NCBI GenBank assembly: GCA_044222065.1
Contig: JBGAOA010000007.1
Location: 1-64,000, forward strand
DNA: 64,000 bases
DNA from: Candidatus Eiseniibacteriota bacterium
GTDB taxonomy: Bacteria; Eisenbacteria; RBG-16-71-46
Direction of reading: 5' to 3'
The first letter of the stretch is position 1; each line of letters starts with the position of its first letter. The notes below the pieces were generated by a model. The model made no database searches, was not told where the DNA came from, and saw nothing but the letters and a program-made list of their open reading frames with translations. The position numbers were made by a program, and so were the translations under genes. Of the stretch, positions 19,485 through 29,428 are shown piece by piece.

Positions 19485-20450
19485 ATGGACCACGCGAATC
19501 GCGTTTACGACGACGTGCTGCAGACGCTGCCCGGTCCCGACAACCCGTCGCCGATGGTACGGCTGCGGCGGGTCGTGGCGGACGGCGGACTCGAGCTGTT
19601 CGCGAAGCTCGAGTGGATGAACCCGTTCGGCTCGGTGAAGGACCGCGCGGCGTCGTACCTGCTGCGCGACCTGGTCGAACGGGGCGAGCTGTCGGGCGAG
19701 CGGGGCGTCGTCGAGCCGACTTCGGGCAACACCGGAATCAGCATGGCCGCGATCGCGGCGGCCTACGGCGTGCCGATGCGCGCCGTCGTGCCGAACAAGG
19801 TGCCGCTCGAGAAGAAGGTGCTCCTCAAGATCGCGGGCGCCGAACTCGACGTCGTGAACGACAACCTGTGCCCGAGCCCGGGAATGGGGGAGGGCTCGAT
19901 CGGCCTCGCGAAGACGCGCGCCAGGGCCGAACGCGGGCGCTACGCGATGCCGAACCAGTACGAGAACGACTTGAACGTGCGCGCCCACTACGAGACGACG
20001 GCGCCCGAGATCTGGAAGCAGACGGGCGGAAGGGTCACGCACCTGTTCGTCTCGCTCGGCACGTCCGGCACCGCGATCGGGTGCGCGCGGTTCTTCCGCG
20101 ACCGCGGCGCGAACGTGAAGGTCGTCGCCGTGCAGCCGAGCGAGGGCCACGACGTGCCGGGGCTGCGCAACCTGTCGGAGCTCGGCGTGTCGAAGCTGTT
20201 CGACCGCTCGCTGATCGACGAACTGATCGAAGTGCCCTACGAGCTCGCGTACACGCGCGCGCTCGAACTCGCGCGCCGCGAGGGTCTGCTCGCGGGGCCG
20301 AGTTCCGGGCTGATCCTCGAGGGCGCGCGCCGGGTCGCCGAACGCGGGGACCGCGGACTCGGCGTGCTGATCTTCCCCGACAACGCCTTCAAGTACGTCT
20401 CGAACTTCGTGAAGCACGCGCCGGAACTGGCCGAGGGAACGACGCCCTGA
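19485..20450 (+). CDS. cysK: PLP-dependent cysteine synthase family protein (CysK/CysM)
   Basis: 'KLEWMNPFGSVKDR', 'EPTSGNTG', 'NQYEN', 'GTSGT', 'GPSSG', 'FPD...KY'. Confidence 0.88.
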   Translation: MDHANRVYDDVLQTLPGPDNPSPMVRLRRVVADGGLELFAKLEWMNPFGSVKDRAASYLLRDLVERGELSGERGVVEPTSGNTGISMAAIAAAYGVPMRAVVPNKVPLEKKVLLKIAGAELDVVNDNLCPSPGMGEGSIGLAKTRARAERGRYAMPNQYENDLNVRAHYETTAPEIWKQTGGRVTHLFVSLGTSGTAIGCARFFRDRGANVKVVAVQPSEGHDVPGLRNLSELGVSKLFDRSLIDELIEVPYELAYTRALELARREGLLAGPSSGLILEGARRVAERGDRGLGVLIFPDNAFKYVSNFVKHAPELAEGTTP

Positions 20451-20497
20451 CGTCGGAACGCGGGGACCGCGAGCGGTCCCGTAGGAGGACACGCACC

Positions 20498-21370
20498 ATG
20501 AGCGGATACGCGCATCCCGAAGCACTCGTCACGACCGACTGGGTCCGGGCGCATCTCGGCGATCCGAACGTGAAGGTGGTCGAGGTGGACGTGGACACCC
20601 AGGCCTACGAAGCGGGCCACATCCGCGGCGCCGTGGCGCTCAACTGGCAGACCGAGCTGCAGGATCTGCTGACGCGCGACATCGTGTCGAAGGCCGAGTT
20701 CGAAGCGCTGCTCGGCCGGAACGGCATCCGCGCCGAGGACACCGTCGTGCTCTACGGGGACCACAACAACTGGTTCGCGGCGTACGCGTTCTGGCTGTTC
20801 AAGATCTACGGGCATCGGGACGTCCGACTGATGAACGGCGGGCGCGTGAAGTGGCTCGCCGAGGACGACAAGGAACTTGTCGTGGACCGCACCGCCGTGT
20901 CGCCGTCGCGCTACGTCGCGGGGGCGCCGGACCTGACGCTGCGCGCGCGCGTGCTCGACGTGCTGCAGTCGCAGGAGGGGCGAACGCACAACCTCGTGGA
21001 CGTACGCAGCCCGGACGAGTTTACGGGCAAGGTCATCGCGCCTCCGGGCATGAACGAGACCGCGCAGCGGGCGGGCCACGTGCCCGGGGCGAAGAGCGTG
21101 CCGTGGTCCTCGGCCGTGAACGCGGACGGGACGTTCAAGGGCGCGGAGGAGCTGCGCGCGATCTACCTGGAGCGCGCGGCGCTCGATCCCGCGAAGCCGA
21201 CGATCGCGTACTGCCGCATCGGCGAGCGCTCGAGCCATACGTGGTTCGTGCTCCGCTACCTGCTCGGACTCCCGGACGTCCGCAACTACGACGGCTCGTG
21301 GACCGAGTACGGCTCGATGGTGGGGCTGCCCATCGAACGCGACGCGCCCGTCGCCGTGACGGTCGCCTGA
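20498..21370 (+). CDS. sseA: Tandem-rhodanese thiosulfate sulfurtransferase
   Basis: AGGAGG RBS, 'GHIRGA', active-site loop 'YCRIGERS', 'NYDGSWTEYG'. Confidence 0.9.
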   Translation: MSGYAHPEALVTTDWVRAHLGDPNVKVVEVDVDTQAYEAGHIRGAVALNWQTELQDLLTRDIVSKAEFEALLGRNGIRAEDTVVLYGDHNNWFAAYAFWLFKIYGHRDVRLMNGGRVKWLAEDDKELVVDRTAVSPSRYVAGAPDLTLRARVLDVLQSQEGRTHNLVDVRSPDEFTGKVIAPPGMNETAQRAGHVPGAKSVPWSSAVNADGTFKGAEELRAIYLERAALDPAKPTIAYCRIGERSSHTWFVLRYLLGLPDVRNYDGSWTEYGSMVGLPIERDAPVAVTVA

Positions 21371-21485
21371 AGCCTCCGGCAGGACCGGCGTCGCGCTCCG
21401 CGTGACGCCGGTTCGCGCGCGGTCGTAACCTGCGCGTCGTCGGCCGGGCGCGAGGTGCGCGGGCCGCTCTTAGGGAGGAGGCGTC

Positions 21486-23828
21486 GTGGCGGTGGGCGAG
21501 CGGAGCCGACTGCGGTGCGAGGTGCGTGGCGCCGTCCAGGGCGTCGGCTTCCGGCCCTTCGTCTACCGACTCGCGACCGGGCTCGGACTCGACGGCTGGG
21601 TGCTCAACGACGCGCGCGGCGTGTTCCTCGAGGTCGAGGGTTCGCGCGCGACGCTCGAGCGCTTCTCCGAGCGCCTCACGGCGGAAGCGCCGCCGCACGC
21701 CGTGATCGAGTCGCTCGAGCGCGCCTGGCTCGAGCCCGCGCCGTTCACGGGCTTCGAGATCCGACACAGCGACGGCGCCGGCGAGAAGAGCGTCGCCGTG
21801 CTGCCCGACCTCGCGACCTGCCCCGACTGCCTCGAGGAGACGCTCGAGGCTCACTCGCGACGCTTCGGCTACCCGTTCACGAACTGCACGCTGTGCGGCC
21901 CGCGCTTCACGATCGTGCGCGCGCTGCCCTACGACCGGCCGAACACGACGATGGCGGGCTTCGCGCTGTGCGAGCCGTGCGCGCGCGAGTACGGCGATCC
22001 CCTCGACCGCCGATTCCACGCGCAGCCGATCGCCTGCCCGGCGTGCGGACCGCACGTGGAGCTGTGGGACGACCAGGGCGAGTCCCTCGCCACGGGCGAA
22101 GCGGCGATCGCGTCCGCGCTCGAGACGCTGAGCTCGGGCCGCATCGTGGCGGTGAAGGGACTCGGCGGCTTCCACCTGATGTGCGACGCGCGCGACGAGG
22201 CGGCGGTCGCGCGGCTGCGCGAGCGCAAGCGTCGCGAGGAGAAACCGCTCGCCGTGATGGCCGCGACGCTCGACGATGCCCGAGCGCTCGGCGAGATCGA
22301 CGGCGAGGCGGCGCATGCGCTCGCGTCGTCCGAGGCGCCGATCGTGCTCGTGGTCCGGCGCGCGGACGCGCCGCTCGCCCCGGGCGTCGCGCCGCGCCTC
22401 GCCACGGTCGGCGTGATGCTGCCCGCGACCCCGCTCCACCACCTGCTCGCCCGCGGCTTCGGCGCACCGCTCGTCGCGACGAGCGGGAATCACAGCGAAG
22501 AGCCGATCTGCACGGACGACCGCGAGGCGCTCGACCGGCTCGGCGGCATCGCGGATCGCTTCCTCGTGCACGACCGTCCGATCGCGCGCCACGTGGACGA
22601 CAGCGTGGGCTGGATCGCGCACGGCCGCTTCGCACTGCTGCGCCGCGCGCGTGGATTCGCGCCCCTGCCCGTGCGCGTCGCGGACTCGCGCCGCGTCGTG
22701 CTCGCGGTCGGCCCGCACCTCAAGAACACGATCGCGCTCGCGGTCGGCCCGCGCGCGTTCGTGAGCCAGCACCTCGGCGACCTCTCGACGCCGGAGGCGA
22801 ATCTCGCGTTCGCTCGTGCGATCCGCGACGTGGTCGCGCTGTACGAGGCGCGGCCCGAGGCGATCGCGCACGATCTTCACCCCGACTACGAATCGACGCG
22901 CTGGGCGCAGCGGCTCGCGAAGGGCGCCGCATCACGGGAGGGCGCCGAAGCGGCGCTCGTGGAAGCCGCGCGCCGGCTCGTCCCCGTCCAGCACCACCAC
23001 GCGCACCTTGCGGCGTGCCTCGCCGAGAACGGCGTCGCGGGCCCGGCGCTCGGCGTCGTGTGGGACGGCACGGGCTACGGCACCGACGGCACGATCTGGG
23101 GCGGCGAGTTCCTGCTCGGCGACGCGTCCGGCTTCGAGCGCGTCGGGCACCTGCGGTCGTTCCGCCTGCCCGGGGGCGAGATCGCCGTGCGCGAGCCGTG
23201 GCGCGTCGCGCTCGCGCTGCTCCACGACGTGCTCGGCGCGGAGGCGTTCGAGCGCGACGACCTCGTCCCGGGCGTCACGCCCACGGCCGAAACCCGGCGC
23301 GTGCTCGCCCGGATGATCCCGAAGGATCTCCATTCGCCCGCGACGACGAGCGCCGGGCGGCTCTTCGACGCGGTCGCTGCGCTCGCCGGCGTGCGCACCC
23401 ACGCGGCGTACGAAGGGCAGGCCGCGATCCTGCTCGAAGCCGCGGCCGACCGCGCCCGCCCGGACGCCGGGGCCGCGTATCCGCTGCCGCTCGTCGAGAA
23501 CGACGGAGGCGCGCGCGTGCTCGACTGGCGGCCGATGGTGCGCGCGATCCTCGCGGATCGGGATCGCGGCGTCCCGCCCGAGGCGATCGCGGCGCGATTC
23601 CACGACGGCCTCGTCGAGGCGATCGTCACCGTCGCCGCGGCGGTCAGGGCGCCGCGCGTCGCGCTCACGGGCGGCTGCTTCCAGAACCGCCGGCTCGCCG
23701 AGCGCGCCGCCGACCGCCTGCGCTCGGCCGGCCACGAGGTGCTGCTCCACCGGCTCGTCCCGCCGAACGACGGCGGCGTGAGCCTCGGTCAGATCGCCGT
23801 CGCGCGCGCCGCGCTCGAGCGCGGCTGA
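21486..23828 (+). CDS. hypF: Carbamoyltransferase HypF
   Basis: 'GAVQGVGFRPFVY', zinc fingers, 'RRFHAQPIACP', 'KGLGGFHL', 'HDLHPDY', 'QHHHAH', 'PPNDGGVSLGQ'. Confidence 0.96.
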   Translation: MAVGERSRLRCEVRGAVQGVGFRPFVYRLATGLGLDGWVLNDARGVFLEVEGSRATLERFSERLTAEAPPHAVIESLERAWLEPAPFTGFEIRHSDGAGEKSVAVLPDLATCPDCLEETLEAHSRRFGYPFTNCTLCGPRFTIVRALPYDRPNTTMAGFALCEPCAREYGDPLDRRFHAQPIACPACGPHVELWDDQGESLATGEAAIASALETLSSGRIVAVKGLGGFHLMCDARDEAAVARLRERKRREEKPLAVMAATLDDARALGEIDGEAAHALASSEAPIVLVVRRADAPLAPGVAPRLATVGVMLPATPLHHLLARGFGAPLVATSGNHSEEPICTDDREALDRLGGIADRFLVHDRPIARHVDDSVGWIAHGRFALLRRARGFAPLPVRVADSRRVVLAVGPHLKNTIALAVGPRAFVSQHLGDLSTPEANLAFARAIRDVVALYEARPEAIAHDLHPDYESTRWAQRLAKGAASREGAEAALVEAARRLVPVQHHHAHLAACLAENGVAGPALGVVWDGTGYGTDGTIWGGEFLLGDASGFERVGHLRSFRLPGGEIAVREPWRVALALLHDVLGAEAFERDDLVPGVTPTAETRRVLARMIPKDLHSPATTSAGRLFDAVAALAGVRTHAAYEGQAAILLEAAADRARPDAGAAYPLPLVENDGGARVLDWRPMVRAILADRDRGVPPEAIAARFHDGLVEAIVTVAAAVRAPRVALTGGCFQNRRLAERAADRLRSAGHEVLLHRLVPPNDGGVSLGQIAVARAALERG

Positions 23829-23838
23829 CGCCGGCGGC

Positions 23839-24516
23839 TCAGCGCCGCGCGGACGCCGCGCGCTTCGCCGCGGCCCGCGCCGCGAGCAGCGCGCACCAGT
23901 CGTCGAGACCGGCGCCGCTCGTGGCGGATACGGTCAGGATCACGCCGTCCGGCCGGAGCGCCGCGATCTGCTCGCGCACGACCGACTCGTGGAATCCGGG
24001 CACGTGCGGCAGCAGGTCCGACTTCGTGATCAGCGCGACGTCGGCGCGCGCGAAGATCGCCGGGTACTTGAACGGCTTGTCCTCGCCCTCGGGCACGGAC
24101 AGCAGCACGACCTTGAAGTCCTCGCCGAGGTCGTACGACGTCGGGCAGATCAGGTTGCCGACGTTCTCGATCAGGAGCAGGTCGAGGTCGCCGAACGCGG
24201 CGCGTTCGAGCGCCGCGTCGATCTGGCGCGCATCGAGGTGACAGGCCCCGCCCGTGAGGATCTGGTGCGCCGGAATGCCGCTCGCGCGCAGCCGGTCGGC
24301 ATCGCGCTCGGTCGCGATGTCGCCGTCGAGTGCGGCGATCCGGAGCTTCGGCGCGAGGCGCTCGGCCGTGCGTTCGAGCAGCGTCGTCTTGCCCGAGCCC
24401 GGCGACGAGATGAGGTTCACGACCAGCGTGCCGCGTTCGGCGAAGCGCGCGCGCAGGGATTCCGCGGCGGCGCGATTGGCGGCGAGCACGTGCTCGCGAA
24501 CTTGGACGTCGGTCAC
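23839..24516 (-). CDS. hypB: Hydrogenase nickel incorporation GTPase HypB
   Basis: 'SSPGSGKTT', 'CHLDA', 'ENVGNLICP', 'EGEDKPFKYP', 'TKSD'. GTG start at 24516. Confidence 0.94.
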   Translation of the reverse strand: MTDVQVREHVLAANRAAAESLRARFAERGTLVVNLISSPGSGKTTLLERTAERLAPKLRIAALDGDIATERDADRLRASGIPAHQILTGGACHLDARQIDAALERAAFGDLDLLLIENVGNLICPTSYDLGEDFKVVLLSVPEGEDKPFKYPAIFARADVALITKSDLLPHVPGFHESVVREQIAALRPDGVILTVSATSGAGLDDWCALLAARAAAKRAASARR

Positions 24517-24623
24517 CGGACTCGCCCTCCCGAGGAGCCGCGACGCGCGGCTCGACGCGGGCAGGGTACCGCGGCGCGCGCCGGACGGGAATCGCGGCGC
24601 TCGTGGCGGCGACGCGAACGAAG

Positions 24624-26528
24624 CTAGAGGACGTCCTTGAGCGTGATCTCGATCGTCGTGGGCGCGTCGTCGAGGCGCCGGTACGTGATGCGGTGCACGG
24701 ACCCGACGTCGCCCTCTTCGAGCAGCCGGTCCACCTCGGCGCGCGTCCACTGGTCGAGCGGGCGGTCGTCGATCGCGACGATCTCGTCGTACCAGCGCAG
24801 GCCCGCGTCGTAGGCCGCCGAGCCGCTCAGGATGTTGCCAGCGTAGACCTTCGCGCCGACGCGCGCGAGCAGGGCGCCGAAGCGCGACACGCGCTCCTCG
24901 CGGCCGAAGCGCGCGCCGGGTTCGAGGTACAGCGTCCGGCGCGGGTAGTCGAACGTGCAGCGGAACTTCTCGAGCACCGTGCTGCCGATGTTCCCCGCGA
25001 AGTCCTCGCTGCCGATCATTCCCGAGCGGTGCAGCGCGAGCGCCGCGACCTGATGCGACCAGCGGTACGGTCCGAGCTGCACGCTGTCGAGACGACAGAG
25101 CGTCGAGACGAAGCCGCCGCCGATGCCGCCGCCCATCACCTCGACCTCGCGTCGCGGGCCGTGGTTGCGGATCATCTCGCACGACCGCACGAGCGAGCCG
25201 TGCACGGTGAAGTGGAACGCGTTGCCGACGTCCACGATGAACTTGCCCGAGCAGCCGTTGTCGAGCGACATCTCGACGACCGGGATGCCGCCGTGGATCT
25301 CGAACGGCAGGGCCGCGCCGTTGCCCGCGTAGTGGAACGTCTCGGGGTCGTAGAGCGTGACGCGCGACGAGTCGTAGTCGATCTCGACGACGAAGTGGCT
25401 CAGGAAGTCGGCGCCGAGCAGGCCGACGGCGTTCCGCCACAGGACGACCTTGTTGCCCTTCGCGAGCGAGACGAGCGCCGCGCGGAAGTCCTTCAGCGTG
25501 GCCGACTGCCCCTTCGCGCCGGTGAGCGCGATGGACTTCACGCTCGCGAACTTCATCCCGCCCGTGGACGCGATGCCCTGAACGGTCGCCGAGCCCTCGC
25601 CGACGAGGCCGACCCGGTCGGCGAACTCGGGATCGATCGCCGTGAGGCTCGCGCCGGTGTCGAGGATGAAGTCGGCCGGCTCGGAACCGTTGATCGAGAC
25701 CTTCACGAGGACGGACTTCGAGTCGTACTGGAACGGCACGCGCAGCAGGCTCTGCGATTTCTTCCACGCGATCTGCCGGCTCTCGACGACCGGCATCGAG
25801 AACACGGCCGAATCGAGCGCGGGGTTCGTCCAGACGGAGTCCACGATCATGCGCTCGATCGGCTTGTCGGTCGGCAGGAACGTCGGCGCCGCGAACACGG
25901 TCGGACGCTTGCGGCCCGCGAGCAGCTTGTACTCGCTCGGCCGCTCCTCGACCGCGTACTGGTCGCTCTCGCCGACCACGCGTTCGATGAACCCGGTCTT
26001 CACGTTCACGAACATGCGGCGCGGCTTGCCGGTCGGCGGCGTGACCTCGAAGACCTCGTAGATCGCCTTCGCGCCGAACACCTGGCTGCGCGGCAGGATC
26101 TTGCCGCCGCCCTGGTCGAGCCGCGACCAGCGCTCGTTCAGGAACCAGCCTTCCTCGCGCGCGTCGCGCGCCGCGATCTGCGACAGCGCCGTCGGGTTCC
26201 TGCCCGACAGGTCGGTGCGCCAGGCGGTCGTGCCGTCGAATCCGGTGCGGAACTGGAGCGGGCCGAGCGAGATCGATCGCATCCACCGGTCGGGCGCGGC
26301 GGTCCACAGCTCCCACGTGCCGTCGAGCCCGTTGGCCTCGATGCGGCCGCGCACGTGCAGCGACTGCTCGGCCTCGATCGCGGCGCTTCCCCCGGTCGCG
26401 TCCACGTAGCGCTGCACGGCCGCGGCGGCGTCGGGGTGGAGTTCGGCGCGCGCGCCCGCGGGTGGGAGCGCGAACAGGACGAGCGACGCGGAAACGGCGA
26501 GCGGGAGCGGAACGCGGTTCGGATGCAT
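24624..26528 (-). CDS. Secreted protein with twin retropepsin-like aspartyl protease domains and C-terminal PDZ
   Basis: Signal peptide, 'FILDTGAS', 'GLLGADFL', second motif 'FIVDVGNA', 'GNIG..VL', PDZ-like 'GSAAYDAGLRWYDEIVAID'. Confidence 0.82.
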   Translation of the reverse strand: MHPNRVPLPLAVSASLVLFALPPAGARAELHPDAAAAVQRYVDATGGSAAIEAEQSLHVRGRIEANGLDGTWELWTAAPDRWMRSISLGPLQFRTGFDGTTAWRTDLSGRNPTALSQIAARDAREEGWFLNERWSRLDQGGGKILPRSQVFGAKAIYEVFEVTPPTGKPRRMFVNVKTGFIERVVGESDQYAVEERPSEYKLLAGRKRPTVFAAPTFLPTDKPIERMIVDSVWTNPALDSAVFSMPVVESRQIAWKKSQSLLRVPFQYDSKSVLVKVSINGSEPADFILDTGASLTAIDPEFADRVGLVGEGSATVQGIASTGGMKFASVKSIALTGAKGQSATLKDFRAALVSLAKGNKVVLWRNAVGLLGADFLSHFVVEIDYDSSRVTLYDPETFHYAGNGAALPFEIHGGIPVVEMSLDNGCSGKFIVDVGNAFHFTVHGSLVRSCEMIRNHGPRREVEVMGGGIGGGFVSTLCRLDSVQLGPYRWSHQVAALALHRSGMIGSEDFAGNIGSTVLEKFRCTFDYPRRTLYLEPGARFGREERVSRFGALLARVGAKVYAGNILSGSAAYDAGLRWYDEIVAIDDRPLDQWTRAEVDRLLEEGDVGSVHRITYRRLDDAPTTIEITLKDVL

Positions 26529-26569
26529 GCCGGCCTCGAGCGGGAACGTGGGGTGGAGGATCCTCGTCG

Positions 26570-26596
26570 TTATCGGCCCCGGGACGGGGCGCTTGA
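26570..26596 (-). promoter_or_regulatory. sigma28/FliA-WhiG-like promoter for the aspartyl protease gene
   Basis: Minus strand reads TCAAG-N14-GCCGATAA, a perfect sigma28 -10 element. Confidence 0.6.
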
Positions 26597-26620
26597 GCCC
26601 TGCCGGGGAGCCGCTAGGAT
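26593..26620 (+). promoter_or_regulatory. sigma70-type promoter for the GNAT gene (likely leaderless)
   Basis: TTGAGC-N16-TAGGAT with ATG 7 nt downstream and no SD. Confidence 0.45.
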
Positions 26621-26627
26621 GCGCCCC

Positions 26628-27485
26628 ATGAGCATGATCGAGTTCGTTCCAGCGTCACGTTTCGAGCCCGTCCGCCTCGCGGAGCTGTTCACGCGCGGCT
26701 ACGAGGGCTACTACGTCCCGATGACGCTGACGGCGGAGGCGTACGCGGACATGGTGCGCTGGTTCGACCTCGACCTCGAGGCCTCGCGCGTGGCGCTCGC
26801 GGGCGGCGTGCCGGTCGGGATCGTGCAGCTCGGCGTGCGCGGGTCGCGCGGGTGGATCGGAGGCATGGGCGTGGTGCCCGAGGCTCGCGGCCGCGGGCTC
26901 GGCCGCGCGCTCATGGACGAGGCCGAACGCTCGGCGCGCGCGCTCGGCCTGCGCACCGTGGACCTCGAAGTGCTGGTCCAGAACGTCCAGGCGATTCCGA
27001 TCTACGAGGCGTGCGGCTACCGGCACACGCGCCGTCTGCTCGTGCTCGAGCGTGCGCCCGCGCCGCTCGCCGCGGAGGCCGCGGCGGAACGCCCCGCGCT
27101 CGACGAGGTGTTCGAGCGCTGGGACGCGCTGCACGCCGTGCCCGCTCCGTGGCAGCGCGGGCGCGAGACGGTCGAGCGGTTGCGCGACGTGCTCGAGGCG
27201 TTCGGCGTGCGCGAGCGCGGGCGGCTTGTCGCGAGCGTGCTCGTCGCGCGACGGCCCGCGCGCTCGAACGTGATCGCGCTCGGCTTCGAGGCCGGCGCGG
27301 ATCCCGGGGCGCTCGATCGCGCGATCGCGGCCGCGGTCGCCGCGCACGCGGACCGGCCCCAGATGCTGCTCAACCTGCCCGCCGGGCAGGCGGGCGAGGC
27401 GGCGCTGCGCCGCGCCGGCTTCGAGTCGCACCTCGAGCAGTTCGAGATGGAACTCGCCCTCGGACCTGCGCCCCGCGTGCGCTAG
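26628..27485 (+). CDS. GNAT family N-acetyltransferase
   Basis: 'GGMGVVPEARGRGLGRALM', 'LEVLVQNVQAIPIYEACGY'. Confidence 0.85.
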   Translation: MSMIEFVPASRFEPVRLAELFTRGYEGYYVPMTLTAEAYADMVRWFDLDLEASRVALAGGVPVGIVQLGVRGSRGWIGGMGVVPEARGRGLGRALMDEAERSARALGLRTVDLEVLVQNVQAIPIYEACGYRHTRRLLVLERAPAPLAAEAAAERPALDEVFERWDALHAVPAPWQRGRETVERLRDVLEAFGVRERGRLVASVLVARRPARSNVIALGFEAGADPGALDRAIAAAVAAHADRPQMLLNLPAGQAGEAALRRAGFESHLEQFEMELALGPAPRVR

Positions 27486-27529
27486 TCTCCGCGCGCCTGA
27501 CGACCCGACCCGAACCGAGGAGCGAGACG

Positions 27530-28387
27530 ATGCGTTGGAGGAACGAGCGGCGGAGCGACAACGTCGAGGACCGGCGCGGCGCGGGCGTGCCGCGCGGTGC
27601 GGCGCTCGGTGGCGGCGGCGTGCTGATCGCGCTCGTGCTGGCGCTGGTGTTCGGCGCGGACCCGCGCCAGATCCTGTCCCAGCTCGAGGGCACGACGGCG
27701 CTGTCCGTGCCCGAACGAGGCGCAACCGCGCCGGGCGCCGCCGACGACGAAATGAAGCAGTTCGTCTCGGTCGTGCTCGCCGAGACCGAGGACGTGTGGC
27801 GCCGCAAGTTCGCCGAGATGGGGGAGACGTACCGCGAGCCGACGCTCGTGCTGTTCACGGGCCAGGTCGAGTCCGCGTGCGGGAACGCGAGCGCCGCGGT
27901 CGGGCCGTTCTACTGCCCGGGCGACGAGAAGCTGTACGTGGACCTGTCGTTCTACGATCTGCTGCGCGAGCGGCTCGGCGCTCCGGGCGACTTCGCGCAG
28001 GCCTACGTCATCGCCCACGAGGTCGGGCACCACGTGCAGAACCTGATGGGGATCACGGACAAGGTGCACCGCATGCGCGGGCGGCTGAGCGAGGCGGAGT
28101 ACAACCAGCTGTCGGTGAGGCTCGAGCTGCAGGCCGACTACTTCGCCGGCGTGTGGGCGCACGACGCCGACCAGGCGCGGCAGCTGCTCGAGGCGGGCGA
28201 CCTGGAAGAGGCGCTGAACGCCGCGTCCCAGATCGGCGACGATCGGCTGCAGCGCCGCTCGCAGGGCTACGTCGTTCCGGACGCGTTCACGCACGGCACG
28301 TCGGAGCAGCGCGTGCGCTGGTTCCGCAAGGGCTACGAGAGCGGCGACGTCGCCGGCGGCGACACGTTCAACGCGGAGGCGCTGTAG
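27530..28387 (+). CDS. ypfJ: Neutral zinc metallopeptidase (YpfJ family)
   Basis: 'RRSDNVEDRRG', 'SACG', 'GPFYCP', 'AHEVGHHVQ', 'ELQADYFAG', 'FTHGTS'. Confidence 0.92.
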   Translation: MRWRNERRSDNVEDRRGAGVPRGAALGGGGVLIALVLALVFGADPRQILSQLEGTTALSVPERGATAPGAADDEMKQFVSVVLAETEDVWRRKFAEMGETYREPTLVLFTGQVESACGNASAAVGPFYCPGDEKLYVDLSFYDLLRERLGAPGDFAQAYVIAHEVGHHVQNLMGITDKVHRMRGRLSEAEYNQLSVRLELQADYFAGVWAHDADQARQLLEAGDLEEALNAASQIGDDRLQRRSQGYVVPDAFTHGTSEQRVRWFRKGYESGDVAGGDTFNAEAL

Positions 28388-28415
28388 GGCGCGAACGGGC
28401 CGCGCGGCGACGGAC

Positions 28416-29405
28416 TCACCACTCGATCGCCGCGGCCGCCCACGAGAAGCCGGCGCCGAAGGCGGCGAGCACGACGAGGTCGCCAGGGCGCACGAGGCCG
28501 TCCTCTCGCGCCTCGGTGAGCGCGATCGGAATGCTCGCGGCGGTCGTGTTCCCGTAGCGTCCGATGTTCTGGAACACGCGCTCGGGAGGGAGCCCGAGGC
28601 GCTCGGCGACGGCGTCGCCGATGCGCCGGTTCGCCTGGTGCGGCACCACGAGCGCGACGTCGGCGAGCTTCCGCCCGGCGCGCTCGAGCACCTCGTGGAT
28701 CACTTCGGGAAACCGCGTCGTCGCGTGCTTGAACACCTGGCGGCCGTTCATCGCGGGGAAGTGTCGCCCCTGCTCGATCATCTCGTGCGTGATGCGGCCC
28801 GGCACCGCGGAGCTCGGCGCCTCGCACCACAGCTCGCGCGCGTACGCGCCCTCGCTGTGGAGCGTCCACGCGAGGATGCCGCCCGATTCGGCGGGCTCGA
28901 CGACCGCCGCGCCTGCGCCGTCGCCGAACAGCACCGCCATGTCGCGGCCGGCGGTCGTCAGGTTGAGGCCGGTGCTCTGCACCTCGGTGCCGACGACGAG
29001 CGCGCAGCGGTAGCGTCCGACGCCGACGAAGGCGTCCGCGACCGAGAGGCCGTACACGAAACCGCTGCACGCGTTGCGCAGGTCGAGCGCGGGCACGGTG
29101 CCGAGGCCGAGCTTGTCGGCGATCAGCACGCCCGATCCCGGGAACATGTACTCGGACGTCGTGGTCGCGCAGATCACGACATCCACGTCGGCGGCCGTGC
29201 GGCCGGCGTCAGCGAGCGCCCGGGCCGCCGCTTCGGCGCCGAGATCGGCCGCGCCCGTCGGCGAGTCCACGAAGTGGCGCTCGTGGATGCCCGTGCGCTC
29301 GACGATCCACGCGTCGTTCGTGTCCATGAGGCGCTCGAGGTCGTGGTTCGTCACGACTCGCGGCGGAACGTGGAAGCCGATTCCCGTGATGCGCGAGCGA
29401 CCCAT
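28416..29405 (-). CDS. fabH: 3-oxoacyl-ACP synthase III
   Basis: Cys-His-Asn triad in 'NACSGF', 'PHQAN', 'YGNTTAASIP'; also 'LFGDGAGA'. Confidence 0.93.
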   Translation of the reverse strand: MGRSRITGIGFHVPPRVVTNHDLERLMDTNDAWIVERTGIHERHFVDSPTGAADLGAEAAARALADAGRTAADVDVVICATTTSEYMFPGSGVLIADKLGLGTVPALDLRNACSGFVYGLSVADAFVGVGRYRCALVVGTEVQSTGLNLTTAGRDMAVLFGDGAGAAVVEPAESGGILAWTLHSEGAYARELWCEAPSSAVPGRITHEMIEQGRHFPAMNGRQVFKHATTRFPEVIHEVLERAGRKLADVALVVPHQANRRIGDAVAERLGLPPERVFQNIGRYGNTTAASIPIALTEAREDGLVRPGDLVVLAAFGAGFSWAAAAIEW

Positions 29406-29428
29406 CGATTCCTCCCGGCGACCGGCGC

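Noticed and set aside
20463..20480. Hairpin GGGACCGC-GA-GCGGTCCC between cysK and sseA as a terminator
   Set aside because: It has no U-tract and sits directly before the sseA SD, so it is more likely a stability or processing element.
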